Source: Eledone cirrhosa
Lineage: Eukaryota
Assembly: GCA_964016885.1 (NCBI GenBank)
Contig: OZ024741.1
Coordinates: forward strand, 44,144,001-44,208,000
Direction of reading: 5' to 3'
DNA: 64,000 bases
The number at the start of each line of letters is the position of its first letter. Position 1 is the first letter of the stretch. A program made the translations under genes and the position numbers. This document shows positions 40,876 to 55,601 of this stretch, piece by piece. The notes under the pieces are model-generated. The model did no database searches, was not told where the DNA came from, and saw only the letters and a list, made by a program, of their open reading frames with translations.

Positions 40876-42031
40876 GAAAAATGAAGATTCAAATAAAAAA
40901 ATGTGTGTGTGCTATAACCAATCTCAAAGCCAGAAAGATGTTGGATAAAGTGGTAGGAGGAACAAGATGGTAAAAGAATAAAATGAAATAAGATAATCAA
41001 ATAAAATATGTGTGTGTTATAACCAATCTCAACTTAAATAGAAGGCAATAAAGTGAAGAAAATAGAAAATAAATTAAAAATCAAGTAAAATAAAATGTGT
41101 GTGTGTTATAAAGATGTTGGCCGCATTAGAAAGGCTGTGTCAGAATCAATCTCTAGGCTATCATGGTGTCGGCTCAGCCAGGTTGGGTCCCTATGGCTTG
41201 AGGGGAGTTCCCAACCTATGGTGTTACTGCCCATATAGCTTGATGGAGGTCTGGCTGAGAGGTGCGTACATGTTCTGGAGAAGTCCCTATAGCTTGAGGG
41301 GAGTTCATATCTCAGTGTGTTGCTACTGTTCATATATCTTAAGGAACGCCCTGAGGTGTCTGCATGTCCCGAGGAAGTCGGTTCTGAGGTTTATCAGGCG
41401 GCTTCCACCTCTTAGTATCTCGAGGGTCTCGTTCAGACATAGTTTTCATATGCCAGATCCCCCTTTATCGGGTGGTACTTTCCTGATTATGGACCAGGCC
41501 AGAGAGTACGGGGTTCTGTCCAGCTTAAACTTCCAGCTAAGGTCGGAAAGAGCCATACTTTTCCTGTTGGCCTACTTATTGAAGAAATGGCGATGGTTAT
41601 ACTAACGGTCTTTAAAGCTCGTTGATGTGGCTCCTATGTAGATATGTTCGGAGTTGGGGTTTTAACCCTACATACGTATATTAGATTCTTCTTAAGGCAT
41701 TCATTACTAAGGGGGCATTATTATTTATTTTCTGTTTCTTTCATTTTATGGCCTTCTATTTCTTCAGATACATGGCTTTCACAGTTGAAAATTGCAAACT
41801 TGACTGTCATCAAACATTATGAACCTGAAGATTTCGAAAGCATGAACGTACTTGTTCAATTAACACTTAACATTTAATATTCTACCATACTATTTCATTC
41901 TAGTACCATTATAAATTTTAAAGTATTGTAAATAAAACGAGTAAATCAGACAAAGTTGGAATTCCTTTTATTAATATAATCTTCTATACACAATCATACA
42001 CACCCGTGTACATTTATCTATCTATCCCCCC

Positions 42032-42143
<112 letters not shown>

Positions 42144-42177
42144 GCATATCTACGTATGGGTTATATCGAACATTAAT

Positions 42178-42365
42178 AATTGTTTCTACATTTGGCACAA
42201 GGCCAACAAAATACCCAGTACATTGCTGGTATTTATTTTATCGACCCCGTAAGGATGAAAGGCAACGATAACCTCGGCGGGATTTGAACTCAGATCGTAA
42301 AGGGACGTAACTATGCTGGAAAGCATGGTGTCCGACTCTCTACCTATACTGCAAATCCACCGCAT
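42178..42365 (-). mobile_element. tRNA-derived SINE
   Basis: Reverse complement of the 14352 family. Confidence 0.85.
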
Positions 42366-42479
42366 AATGTTCGATTCGTTTGTATATGTGTGTGTCCGCA
42401 TGCATACTTGCATTTATATATATGTATGTATGTGTTTGTGTATATATGTATATATATATATATCAGGTAGCCTGTGGTA

Positions 42480-42658
42480 ACGATGTTAATCTTCATGATG
42501 GTGACGATGCTAATGTTGATTATTGTTATAGTGACGTTGTTGTTGATGTATTTGTTGCTGATGATGTTGATGATATTGATGATGAACATGGTGATGATGG
42601 TAATGATGATGACGACAGCGACGACCACAGCGATGATGATTCTGCTGCTGCTGCTGAC

Positions 42659-42710
<52 letters not shown>

Positions 42711-42762
42711 CTGATAATACTGATGATGATGATGATGATGATGACGATGATGACGATGATAA
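42480..42762. repeat. Degenerate (GAT)n microsatellite
   Basis: Direct reading. Confidence 0.9.
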
Positions 42763-43324
42763 CATTGTAAAGTACACAAAATGACGATATTCATTGAATC
42801 AAAACACATAATGGAAAGAATTATATTCTGACCGTCCCTGTTGTATTATACAGCCAGAAGATTCGCGGTTGGCTTTTGAAGAACTTTACCCGATAATAAT
42901 TATAAAACAACATCAACAACAACAGCAACATATAAATAATATTACTAAAACGTTTGTGTTCGACGAAATTTCAAATAGTTTGCGGCAGCAATTATAGCGC
43001 AGACAGAAAATCCAGAACAGAAATTAATTGGTTTGCAAAGACGAAGGGAATGAGACAGACTTTCCTCATTCTTCAAGGCAAACTAACTTATTACTAGATA
43101 TTTGCAATTTTTATACAATTACTAATATATAATACTAATACTATCATATTATATTTGGTACTATGCCAGGATAAGAAAATAGAGTAGAGGAAAGAAAGAG
43201 GAAGAAAACAAAGACAACAACAGGCTTACACATTTAAACATATATTTCATGTGTTGGGGTTGAAATCTTATTTTCAAATCATACACTGAAGTGGTGTGTG
43301 TGTGTACTTGTATTTACGCATGTG

Positions 43325-43401
<77 letters not shown>

Positions 43402-43403
<2 letters not shown>

Positions 43404-45858
43404 CCAAAGATTAGTATGGTTCGTTGAATACACAATGAATACAATTTTACAATAGATTAGAACCACTCAACAGAGGGTTTCCTGGAGTTTTTAATATTAT
43501 TCAAAATATTAACAAATGAAAAATATTCTCATAATTATAATATATAATTTATTATATATATTTCAGAGGTACTGTGTTGTTTTTTCAATACTTCCTCATC
43601 AGACAAAATATATGATTTGATATATGGCACACAGCTACGGTCTTTATTGTTCAATTCCAGTATTGGCAGTGATTTATTTCATCAAATCTCAATGTTTATA
43701 TACCGCAAATAATATGATAAACAATAATAATATGATAACAAATAATATGCTCAAAATATAGCAAAAATAAATAGTAAAAATCTTAATTTGAACCAACATT
43801 TAATTAGCAATAACAATAATAATGGTTTCTAGTATAGACACAAGAACGATAATAATAACAATACATTAGTTAATTGGAATAACAATAATAATAGTTTAAA
43901 CACGAATAATAGCAGAACACCTTTAAATAATAATGTGAATAGTTTAAGGTCTGTAAATAACATTGAGAAGAAATGTAATTGTAGAAAGAAGTCTTAATGT
44001 CCTTTACAAAATAATTGCCTTGACAGGAATCTAGTATATAAATGTACCATTAAGACAAATAATTGTTTCTACTTTTGGCACAAGGCCAGCAATCACCCAG
44101 TGCATAACTGGTACTTTATTTTATCGACCCCGTAAGGATGAAAGGCAAAGTTAACCTTGGCGGGATTTGAACCATTAAGACAAATAATAATATATATAAC
44201 TACATTGGTGCCACTTCATCTAAATTTAAGGTACGTTGGTAAAATCATAGACCCTCTTTCAGTAAACCAGATAAGAAATTTTCAACTTCACTTTCACAAT
44301 TAATATGGTCTTTAAAGGACAATAATATTTAATACTCAATCTCTTGGACCAAATTAAAGAATGCTACCCCCTATCGGAACTGAACTATTTCGCAAAATTG
44401 CAATCATTGTAATCTTGAGACTCTACAGATAATTACAAATTACGACAATTTAATCAACAAAAAAAATGAATTGTTTAGTAGTTGTCACGATAAAATTGGT
44501 AAAACTTTCCAGGCAATGTACAAGTTTTCGAAAAAATATTGACAATTAATAATTTATAAGTTTTTGCCTTAGTGTAGTCATAATTTATTGATATTTATGT
44601 TTAGAATAATCTCATTAAGCGTCTCGTTATCTCATGTTTTTATTAGTACAGTTCAATATGTAACTAAACATCATTTATGATATATACAATAGATTATTTA
44701 CGGTTTTTATATGGTGAATGAGTTATCTTACTTTTGTTTACATTGTCCGTAAAAATGTATTTTCTTTTTGACAGGCTTGCTAAATTATATTAGATAGGAA
44801 ATATGTAGATTAATAATATATAGACTATCATTAAAAGGAAACCATATACCAAAAAAGTAAATACAGAAGTAAATATAAACTATCTTTAATTAATGTAACA
44901 ACTTTTGAGAGTAAATGTAACTGCAGTTTATTCCTAGGAATTAAATGTAAATTAAAGAATAGTAAGATTTTATAAAGAGAATGTCATAATTAAATAAAAT
45001 AATTTGGGTAATAAATGATCTAAATATATTATATGTATTGATGCTGATATATGCATGGTATTAGATTTTAATACATATTTAATAATTATTTAAATATGCT
45101 TTAAAGATTAATTCTTTTAAATGTGTAACAAAATATTTATAGAATATCTTACCTTAAAATTAAAAATAATAATCTATAATGAATTAAATTAAATTATATG
45201 AATTTTTATATGTGATTGATATAGAAAGTAATCTATACTGATTAATTTTGGTTTAATATATAAGTATAATTAGCTAAAGCATAATCAAATACAAAAGATA
45301 TTCAATTGATTATGTGAATTGATTGGATGTCTTATTTGATCTAGCATTTGAAAACAAAGGTATTTTTCGCTATCCCCCTCTATTTGATGTTCCCATATTT
45401 TTCTTTATTTCCTTTACCACTCCTATGTTCTCTTTACTTTCCCCACACCTTTCCTCTTTTGTCGTTATTCCTCTTTTCTTTTTTATATATTTCTTTTACT
45501 CATTCAGCCATTTATTTTAATTTTTTTTATTCATTTATCTATTTATGTATTTATTTATTTTCTTGCCTTTCCTATTCTTTACACCCTATCTAATATCTCT
45601 AATTTACTCTACGTCCTTTTCTTCTTTAAGTTTATCAGTTAGTTGTGGTATATAAACTTTGAGATTTGATGAAATAAATCACTGCCAATACTGGAACTGA
45701 ACAATAAAGACCGTAGCGGTATGTCATATATCAAATCATATATTTTTTCTGAAGAGGACGTACTGAAAAAACAACACAGTACTCTGAAATATATATAATA
45801 AAGTATATATTATGATTATGAGTATATTTTTCATTTGTTAATATTTTGAATAATATTA
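43402..45858 (+). mobile_element. Old Penelope-like element with ~215-bp inverted ends
   Basis: 43492-43708 inverted to 45643-45858, each with a degenerate HHR core. Decayed GIY-YIG at 43970-44520 (CNCRKK.*CPLQNNCL..LVY..YIGATSSKFK..LSQLIWSLKD). Confidence 0.8.
44064..44170 (-). mobile_element. 5'-truncated SINE inserted in the GIY-YIG ORF, 18-bp TSD
   Basis: TSD ACCATTAAGACAAATAAT at 44046-44063 and 44171-44188. Confidence 0.9.
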
Positions 45859-45875
45859 TATATATATATATATAT

Positions 45876-46070
45876 ATAGGAACCAGTAAGACCCCGACAG
45901 CTGAGCTCAAGCCGTTTCGACGGCTAATTCTGGACCAAAATTAGCCGTCGAAACGGCTTGAGCTCAGCTGTCGGGGTCTTACTGGTTCCTATTACCCACT
46001 CTACTACCTCAAGTATTGAGTACTTTGGTGCGTTATGGTCCACCTGGTTCCTTGCCACATTTCCTTCGTT
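45876..46070 (+). mobile_element. Mini-PLE: 117-bp hairpin (half hammerhead) + terminal tail
   Basis: 45876-45929 perfectly inverted to 45939-45992. Contains GAAAC-stem III-GTC. Tail has GTATTGAGTAC like other PLE tails. (TA)n flanks. Confidence 0.75.
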
Positions 46071-46204
46071 ATATATATATATATATATATATATGTGTGA
46101 ATGAAGTAATTCCATCGGAAAAGTCCAGGAAAAAAGAGTGCTCTATGTATGCAACAGAGCTTAATTATTATTATTATATAATAAACAACATAAGGCAATT
46201 ATTC

Positions 46205-46258
46205 CATTTACCAGTGGTTTCTTAAAAGCAAAAGGTTTTGCTTTCAATCCTCAGAATG
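46205..46258 (-). ncRNA. Hammerhead ribozyme
   Basis: cauu-CUGAGGA-uugaaagcaaaa(cc)uuuugcuuuuaa-GAAA-cc(acu)gg-UA-aaug. Confidence 0.75.
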
Positions 46259-46461
46259 AAAAATCCTGGTTTGTTTATTGAATATGGATTCTAAAAACAA
46301 AAATGCAATCTATATGAAAGTGAGGCTGGAAAAGGGAGAAGGAAAGGAAACATAAAATAAAATAAAACTACACATGCAAACACACACAAAAAAACACAAA
46401 AGCATACTTACACACACACACATATATACACATATAATTGCACGCATACACATATACATAT

Positions 46462-46537
<76 letters not shown>

Positions 46538-46593
46538 AGCGTACACCTACACACACATACACATATATACACACATATACACATACATATATT

Positions 46594-46641
<48 letters not shown>

Positions 46642-47411
46642 CATACACACACACATATATATACACATGTACATATCCATACATATATATATATATATAT
46701 ATATATACATACATATACACACATATACACATATACATACACACACACACACACACATGTGTGTGTACAAGCCTACACATACACACACACATATATATAC
46801 ACACACATATATATACATTCACACAAACATACAACGTACATACATACACATACATGAATGCACTCCACTACATATTAACACACGCAAATAAATATAAGAA
46901 AAAAATATATAAATAATATTAACAAATTTTTGACAGCGATACATGCCCCAGCTAACAGGACAGACACGCGTGGTAAGTAATACACACATAAGCACATATA
47001 CATACGTTCGAAATAGTAAACACATACACACACTCTCACACATAAATATACATATAGAAATACATAAACACGTACATACACATACATACGCAAACACGTA
47101 CACGTATACAATATAAACACACACATGTATATGTAATTATATACACACACACACACATATACGTATATATATATATATACATATATATATATACATACAA
47201 AAATATAAAAATATAAACGCACACACACATATAAATACGTAAACAACAAATACAAACACACACACATATATACACACACACACCCACACACAAACCCACA
47301 CATACATAAAAATAAATAAATACATACACACGCACACATATACATACATACACATACATATATACATATATACATATATACATATATACATATACATATA
47401 TATATATACAC

Positions 47412-47442
<31 letters not shown>

Positions 47443-47740
47443 CACACATACACGTACACATACACACATGCATACACATACACACACACATATACATGTG
47501 TGTATGTGTAAAGCTCAGTATTAGATAAGACAAATGAACCTTACATAAACGTATATATAGTAGTAAAGTAATAAAGCCATACAAGGCAATTAATCCATTC
47601 ACCAGAGGTTTCTTAAAAGCAAAAAAAGGGTTTCCTTCAATCTTCAGAATGAAAAAAAGCCCTGGTTTATCCACATATACATACATATACACACACAAAT
47701 ATACAAATATATACACACATACAGACACGCACACACACAC

Positions 47741-47771
<31 letters not shown>

Positions 47772-48058
47772 CAGACATATATACATACATATATATACAC
47801 ATACATATATATACATACATACATACACATATATATACATACACAAACATATACGTATACATATATACACACAAAAATACATACACATACACATAGGTAT
47901 GTGAAGGGCAAAACAAAAATAATATATGGGGGGGGGCTAAGAGGAGGTAAAAATATAAGGGGAGGTAAGGGAAAAAATCTTTTTTAAATATACAAGAGTA
48001 CAGAAGGTAGAAGCAGCAAAATAAAAACCGTAGCAAAAGTAAAGAGCAGAGAAGGAGT

Positions 48059-48740
48059 TCAAGGCGGTTGATTTATCGTAGGAGTGTCAATCCAGTTACA
48101 GATTAGATGCGATTTCAGATGAGGACAGCATCTGAAGATCTCAGTCTTAGAGTTAAGGCAAGCGGAAGTGTCTCTCAAGTTTAGCAAAATCCTATACTTT
48201 TCTGTGGTACACAAAGAACAATTCTTTGTGCCCCTTTGGTACTCCCTCGAATGGTCTAATATAGACCAATCAATAGAGTACGGGATATTACTATCCTTGA
48301 GATCCCATACCTTACTTGCGAGGGCCGTTGATGTTCGTTTATCTGAGTGTTTAAAAGAAGCGACATGTGAGTAAAATCTGGTTTTAAACCTGTCCTGGGT
48401 CATACCGACATATCGCTCGCTTCTGGCTGGCTGGTTGTTGATAACTGGCGTTATTTTAGCCTCATAAACGACAGATTTTATGTTACATTTACCCTGCAAT
48501 GGGCATTCATCCGGCTTCCTGCAACTGCATCCTGGATTTATCCTCGTACGGTTTGAACTGGTGATTTTGGACTTCATGGATGGGCAACAAGAGTAGCTGA
48601 TCTTAACTACATTCCTATTAAAAATCTTATAATATCTATGAATGTTTGTCTAATAGTTCAAGGAATTTCCTTCCTACATTAGTTTTGACATTTAGAGAGA
48701 AGGGGTGTGTGAACCAAATAATCTTCCTTTTCCTTTATTT
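48059..48740 (-). pseudogene. PLE GIY-YIG endonuclease domain (Naiad-like), RT truncated away
   Basis: ORF 48059..48577: CSCRKPDECPLQGKC..VVYEA..YVGMTQDRFKTRFYSH..WDLK..CSLCTTEK..LNSKTE..CPH. Upstream WFTHP and KISYSC remnants. Confidence 0.9.
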
Positions 48741-49218
48741 GGGAGTACCAAAGGGGCACAAAGAATTGTTCTTTGTGTACCACAGAAAAGTATAGGATTT
48801 TGCTAAACTTGAGAGACACTTCCGCTTGCCTTAACTCTAAGACTGAGATCTTCAGATGCTGTCCTCATCTGAAATCGCATCTGATCTGTAACTGGATTGA
48901 CACTCCTACGATAAATCAACCGCCTTGAACTCCTTCTCTGCTCTTTACTTTTGCTACGGTTTTTATTTTGCTGCTTCTACCTTCTGTACTCTTGTATATT
49001 CAAAAAAAAATGTTCTCCCTTACCTCCCCTTATATTTTTACCTCCTCTTAGCCCCCCCCCCCATATATTCTTTTTGTTTTGCCCTTCACATACCTATGTG
49101 TATGTATTTTTGTGTGTATATATGTATATGTGTACGTATATGTTTGTGTATGTATATATATGTGTATGTATGTATGTATATATATGTATGTGTATATATA
49201 TGTATGTATATATGTCTG

Positions 49219-49270
<52 letters not shown>

Positions 49271-49546
49271 CGTGTCTGTATGTGTGTATATATTTGTATA
49301 TTTGTGTGTGTATATGTATGTATATGTGGATAAACCGGGGCTTTTTTCATTCTGAAGATTGAAGGAAACTTTTTTTGCTTTTAAGAAACCTCTGGTGAAT
49401 GGATTAATTGCCTTGTATGGCTTTATTACTTTACTACTATATATACGTTTATGTAAGGTTCATTTGTCTTATCTAATACTGAGCTTTACACATACACACA
49501 TGTATATGTGTGTGTGTATGTGTATGCATGTGTGTATGTGTACGTG

Positions 49547-49579
<33 letters not shown>

Positions 49580-49786
49580 CTGTATATATATATATGTATA
49601 TGTATATATGTATATATGTATATGTATGTGTATGTATGTTTATGTGTGCGTGTGTACGTATTTATTTATTTTTATGTATGTGTGGGTTTGTGTGTGGGTG
49701 TGTGTGTGTGTATATATGTGTGTGTGTTTGTATTTGGTTGTTTACGTATTTATATGTGTGTGTGCGTTTATATTTTTATATTTTTG

Positions 49787-49876
<90 letters not shown>

Positions 49877-50504
49877 TGTATATGTGTGTGTGTGTGTATA
49901 TAATTACATATACATGTGTGTGTTTATATTGTATACGTGTACGTGTTTACGTATGTATGTGTATGTACGTGTTTATGTATTTGTATATGTATATTTATGT
50001 GTGAGAGTGTGTGTATGTGTTTACTATTTCGAACGTATGTATATGTGCTTATGTGTGTATTACTTACCACGCGTGTCTGTCCTGTTAGCTGGGGCATGTA
50101 TCGCTGTCAAAAATTTGTTAATATTATTTATATATTTTTTTCTTATATTTATTTGCGTGTGTTAATATGTAGTGGAGTGCATTCATGTATGTGTATGTAT
50201 GTACGTTGTATGTTTGTGTGAATGTATGTATATGTGTGTGTATATATATGTGTGTGTGTATGTGTAGGCTTGTACACACACATGTGTGTGTGTGTGTGTG
50301 TATGTATATGTGTATATGTGTGTATATGTATGTATATATATATATATATATATATGTATGGATATGTACATGTGTATATATATGTGTGTGTGTATGTGTG
50401 TGTGTGTGTGTGTGTATATGTGTATGTGTGTGTGTGTGTGTATGTATGAATATATGTATGTGTATATGTGTGTATATATGTGTATGTGTGTGTAGGTGTA
50501 CGCT

Positions 50505-50586
<82 letters not shown>

Positions 50587-50875
50587 ATATGTATATGTGT
50601 ATGCGTGCAATTATATGTGTATATATGTGTGTGTGTGTAAGTATGCTTTTGTGTTTTTTTGTGTGTGTTTGCATGTGTAGTTTTATTTTATTTTATTTTT
50701 CCTTTCCTTCTCCCTTTTCCAGCCTCACTTTCATATAGATTGCATTTTTGTTTTTAGAATCCATATTCAATAAACAAACCAGGATTTTTCATTCTGGGGA
50801 TTGAAAGCAAAACCTTTTGCTTTTAAGAAACCACTGGTAAATGGAATAATTGCCTTATGTTGTTTATTATATAAT

Positions 50876-50980
<105 letters not shown>

Positions 50981-51019
50981 GTATATATATGTATATATAT
51001 ATTAATATATATATAAATA

Positions 51020-54000
51020 TACAAAGGGTTAAACGCTAGGGAAGTAATCGAATGGTTTTATAGTATTAATGAAAATAATAATAAGAAATTCATCCAATTC
51101 GATATAAACTCATACTACACCTCTATTTCCCTTTTTAAATAAAGCATTCATAATGCTCATGAACAATAGTGAACTCACTAGATCCCAGGTAGATATAATC
51201 CTTGTGGCCAGGAAAACAATAATTAAATTTGAAGACCAACTATGGACCCGCAATAATACACCCAACAACTTTGATATCACCATGCGATCTAGCGATTCGG
51301 CACCTGTAACTGACTTAGTTGGTCTATTTCTCTTAAACCAAATACATAAGAACATACCTTACCTTAACGGTGGTCTCTATCGAAACGACGCACTTTTCCT
51401 CCTAGACTTTAAAACATTTAATATAGAAAGAACTAGAAAGCAATTACACAAAATATTTAAAAACCACAACTTAGGTATCACTTTAGATAAAAACACGAAC
51501 AATGTTAACTTCCTGGACGTTACACTCTACTTAGACTTTAAAAAATATACACTTATCATAAACCTAATGAAAAACTTTTGTGTGTTAATATCACATCTAA
51601 CCACCCTAAATCTGTATTAACCTAAATCATTAAAGGGGTATCCAATATAATCTCTAGTCTTTCTTACAACGACAATACGTTTAACCGTAACTCCCAATAC
51701 TATAATGAAGCCTTAGCTCGTTCCGGCAATAGAGATAAAATTAAATTTAAACCTGAATCGTCAACCACCCATAGACAACCTAATATAATTTCACACAACA
51801 TGAACATGAATAAAATTAAATATGATCATAGTAGTGAAAGCCCCGACTCCTATACAGAGGGCATAAAAAAAGTTAAATAACACCACAGCAATAATTCTAA
51901 GAAAAACCACAGAAAGAAAAATATAGATAAGAAGGTACCTAACACCACACTAAACAGTAGGAATAACAACCATAAGAAGAATAGAAGATGAAGTAACACA
52001 TTTTTTAATGCTCCGTTCAACTTAAATGTCTCAACAAACATACCTAGCGCTTTCTTCTCTATTCTAGACAAACTTCCCAATTAACCATAAATACCACAAC
52101 CTATTTAACAAAAATACCATTAACATCTTCTACTCCACTACACCTAACATAGCACACAATATAGTCAGCACCAACAAGAGAAAGATTAAAAAGTACTTCA
52201 GATTAAATCAAATTAATAATGTCCAGCATAGAAATTAATTGAACAATAACACAGTACAGGACCATACAGCAAGTCATGCTAATAATGCCAATAATAATAA
52301 TACTTACCATAATCATAATACTAGAAGTAGAAACAGAAAAAAACACTCAAATGCATACCCCTTTAACCAGTATACTAGTTACCAAAAGAATTGTAATTGT
52401 AGACCTAACAAGACATGTTCATTAAATAAGAACTGCCTTATTAAAGACATTATCTACTCCGGTGCTGTAACCGCTAATCACATCTCGAAAGTATATATAG
52501 GCTCAACATCGAATAGCTTTAAGACCAGATATAATTCACAACTTAATTCGTTCAGAAACACTAAACTTAGCAGCGTATACTCACTATCCACATACATACA
52601 CTCATTAAAATCAAGTAATATGCCATACACCTTAAAATGGGAAGTTATAGCTAGGGCCCTTCATATAGACCACCTAACAGATTTTGTAATCTTTGCATCC
52701 TCGAGTCTAGTATATATTCACTCTAATCTTAGATGGTAAATAGAAAATCATAGATCTTCTCCACGTGTCCGCATTACCATAGATTCTCTTTCCACTACTT
52801 CAAACCTAGTAACTAATAATAATAATAAAAAAATAAAAACCAATGTCGGAGATACACTAGACGACCACCTTTTAATTTATCCAATTAGATCTTCATAAAT
52901 ATAGGACTACACCTTAATCAAAAGACCACACTACCCTGTATACTGTCAATCAACCCTTGTTTGATTTCCTACCTGATACAATTAAAATAATTAAATAATT
53001 AAATAATATAGACACTCCAATAAACTCTCAATATACTACACCAACTAAATAGCAAACAACCGTGTATATAACTATAACAGATAACAATTATATAATTAAT
53101 AATAATATTTTATATACTCTATAAAGATTAATTTATAACACTACTACAATAATAAAATAACCCTCAATTTATCAACAACTTTAATTATCTCCTTTTGTTA
53201 TTAACCCCCGTTACAACTTCCTGTGTAAATTCATAAAATTAAGCAACCTAAAGGTTTACCAGGAGCTTAATAACGGTTAATACAAACCCTAGAAAAGCTC
53301 ATTTGTTGATAAAAATGCATAAGATAATATACCTACAATAACAACATGGCCAGTAATTCGGTGAAATTTACATTTAACAAACAAACACCTATTGACTATA
53401 AACGACTCAAAATAATCCCATGGTTAATAGCTGTGAGTTACAAACAACATATACACATACATACGAACAACAACACAAAACCACTTGAATGAAAATCACC
53501 TATCCAACTCTATCACGTGCTTTGCATTACACCTAATATAACAAATTCCTACATTATCACCACATACCTCTCTAACAAATTGCTCGCTATCTTAAAAATT
53601 TCTAAAAATTATAACATGATTTAACACCCCACACAAAATATGTTTATTTCAACTGCATTAAAACTCTTTCCCCATACATGCCTTATTGACCGTATTGACT
53701 CCTGCATTGTACACCCATAACATTAACTGTTCTCCAATGTTAAGATATCTTATATCTTATATTAATATCTTATGTTTATCCTATCTCACACCTTTCCTTG
53801 CTTATAACTTTTTTGCCTGTACTTTTTGCTTATACCTCTTACACTTTCAACCAGTGCTGCCTGTAATTGCGTTCTCTCAAGCATAATATATTTTTAACAC
53901 CTGACTCTCCGCAGGATGTCTATGTCACTAACAATAATTATGTACCCTAAATATTCTGAATGACTAGGATTTTAGTCACATGTTTCGACATTCCATATGC

Positions 54001-54241
54001 ACCAATGAATCCAGACTTCCCAGTGGAAGAAACAATTGTCAGAAAATAAAAATTCTAAATTAAAATATGAATGGACCTGTTATTTTTATCTAAAGACATC
54101 TTTTCCAATTCCAACCTGCCCGTCCCCTCAATCTATCTTATTTCTCATTCTTTTTCTGATGAAAGATAGCGTCCGAAATGTCAAAACCATCTTCCTGCTA
54201 TTTCAAGCGTAAAGCTAATATATTCCTGCCATATTCCTTCC

Positions 54242-54242
<1 letters not shown>
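51020..54242 (+). mobile_element. Penelope-like element (Naiad-like), 5'-truncated, decayed
   Basis: EVIEWF, FIQFDI, FDITMRSSDSA, GLYRND, NFLDVTL; CNCRPNKTC..IIY..YIGST (52390-52800). Long 3'UTR with degenerate HHR at 54151-54186. (TA)n flanks. Confidence 0.85.
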
Positions 54243-54301
<59 letters not shown>

Positions 54302-54344
54302 TATATATATATATATGTATGTATATATATATATAGCAGTGCCT

Positions 54345-54386
54345 GGCTCTGATGAACGCCAACCAGCGTGAAACAGACTGTCGGCT
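54345..54386 (+). ncRNA. Hammerhead motif in a short solo PLE-type end (54335-54520)
   Basis: ggcu-CUGAUGA-acgc(caacca)gcgu-GAAA-cagacug-UC-ggcu; stem I relies on G-U wobbles. Confidence 0.6.
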
Positions 54387-54595
54387 TCATTCCATTCTTT
54401 CACAGAAAACAATTAAGGGACATAGTTACTACTTTAAAACTGATAGCGTATGGTCTCCTAAACGTTTTTAACTAAACATACGGTATATTGCCAAATATAC
54501 TATACATACATTCACATTTATCTATATATATATATGAACATATATATATATATATATATACACATATATATATATATAAATATGCATATATATAT

Positions 54596-54640
<45 letters not shown>

Positions 54641-55601
54641 GATAAATCTACCAAGAGTTTACGGTAGTGTCCAATCCGTATGAAGAACTCAATGTATTCC
54701 GGATATCATGGAAAGAAGAGATGTAATGAAAATCCACTTTCGGTGAAAGATAAACGGTATACAGAGTCAAGATAAAATATTAAACAAATAATGAACAAAC
54801 AATTCCTTATATTAAACAAAAAAAGTTCACTATTTAACGATCGTTTCTAGGGCATATATGTGTTCTAGGGCATATATATATATATATGAGAGAGTATTGA
54901 AGTTTCCTTGAAGCATTGTGGAACAATAAGTAAATACCTTTAAGTCGTTTGGAAGCCTCGACAATGCAAATGGGTAAATCTCCGGGTAACAAGGTCCGGT
55001 GATGCAGAGAGAGATGTAAGTGGGTGTACGTTGAGAAGCGTGGTGTGTATAAGATGTGTGAGATGTGTAGAATGAAGGGAAGAGTATAAAGGATAAAATA
55101 AAAATAACAACACAAGAGAGAGTTACCTTGGGAGAGATTTAATAGTCCCTATATATTTCGGATTCACATCCATCAACTGGGGTCTTTTTCCGGGTGGGGG
55201 AAAAAGTTGTATGTCGGACAAGTGCGGAAGACGTCCTTCGCTGTTTTTTGTTTTGAATACCTGAGCTATTCGGCAGAGCGCGCGTGCGCGTGAAATGGGG
55301 TCGGTCGTACAGAGGTCAGCAGCCGAATGAGGGAGTGGGATGGCGCTAGCTGTCAGTCCATTCTCTGCCTGTTTGTTAAATGTTACTGTGTGTGGGTGTG
55401 CGTGTGTTGTTGTCTCGCTTGAGTGTGTGTGTGTGAGCGTGTGTTGTTGCCTTGTTCCTCTGTATTGGCAGTGTAGTATGTTCGTATGGTGGAATGCTAC
55501 TGTGTGTGTGTAGTTGTCTCGTTTGCGTGTGTGTGTGTGTGTGCGTGTGTTGTGTGTTGTTGCATCGCTTGTTAACTTAAACCATAAATATATATATATA
55601 T

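Larger units (their letters stand above)
39813..41725 (-). mobile_element. Penelope-like element 3' part: decayed GIY-YIG, repetitive 3'UTR, hammerhead
   Basis: 41340-41720 minus: CPLSNECL..LIY..YIGATSTSFKDR..WSII..LCLNE..CRH with stops. HHR at 39869-39923. Confidence 0.8.

Noticed and set aside
41185-41345. CRISPR-like short repeats (ATAGCTTGAGGGGAG)
   Set aside because: Few, irregular and degenerate; inside a PLE 3'UTR in eukaryotic DNA with no cas genes.
42344-42809. Poly-Asp/Met/His ORFs
   Set aside because: Six-frame readings of a (GAT)n repeat; no other coding evidence.
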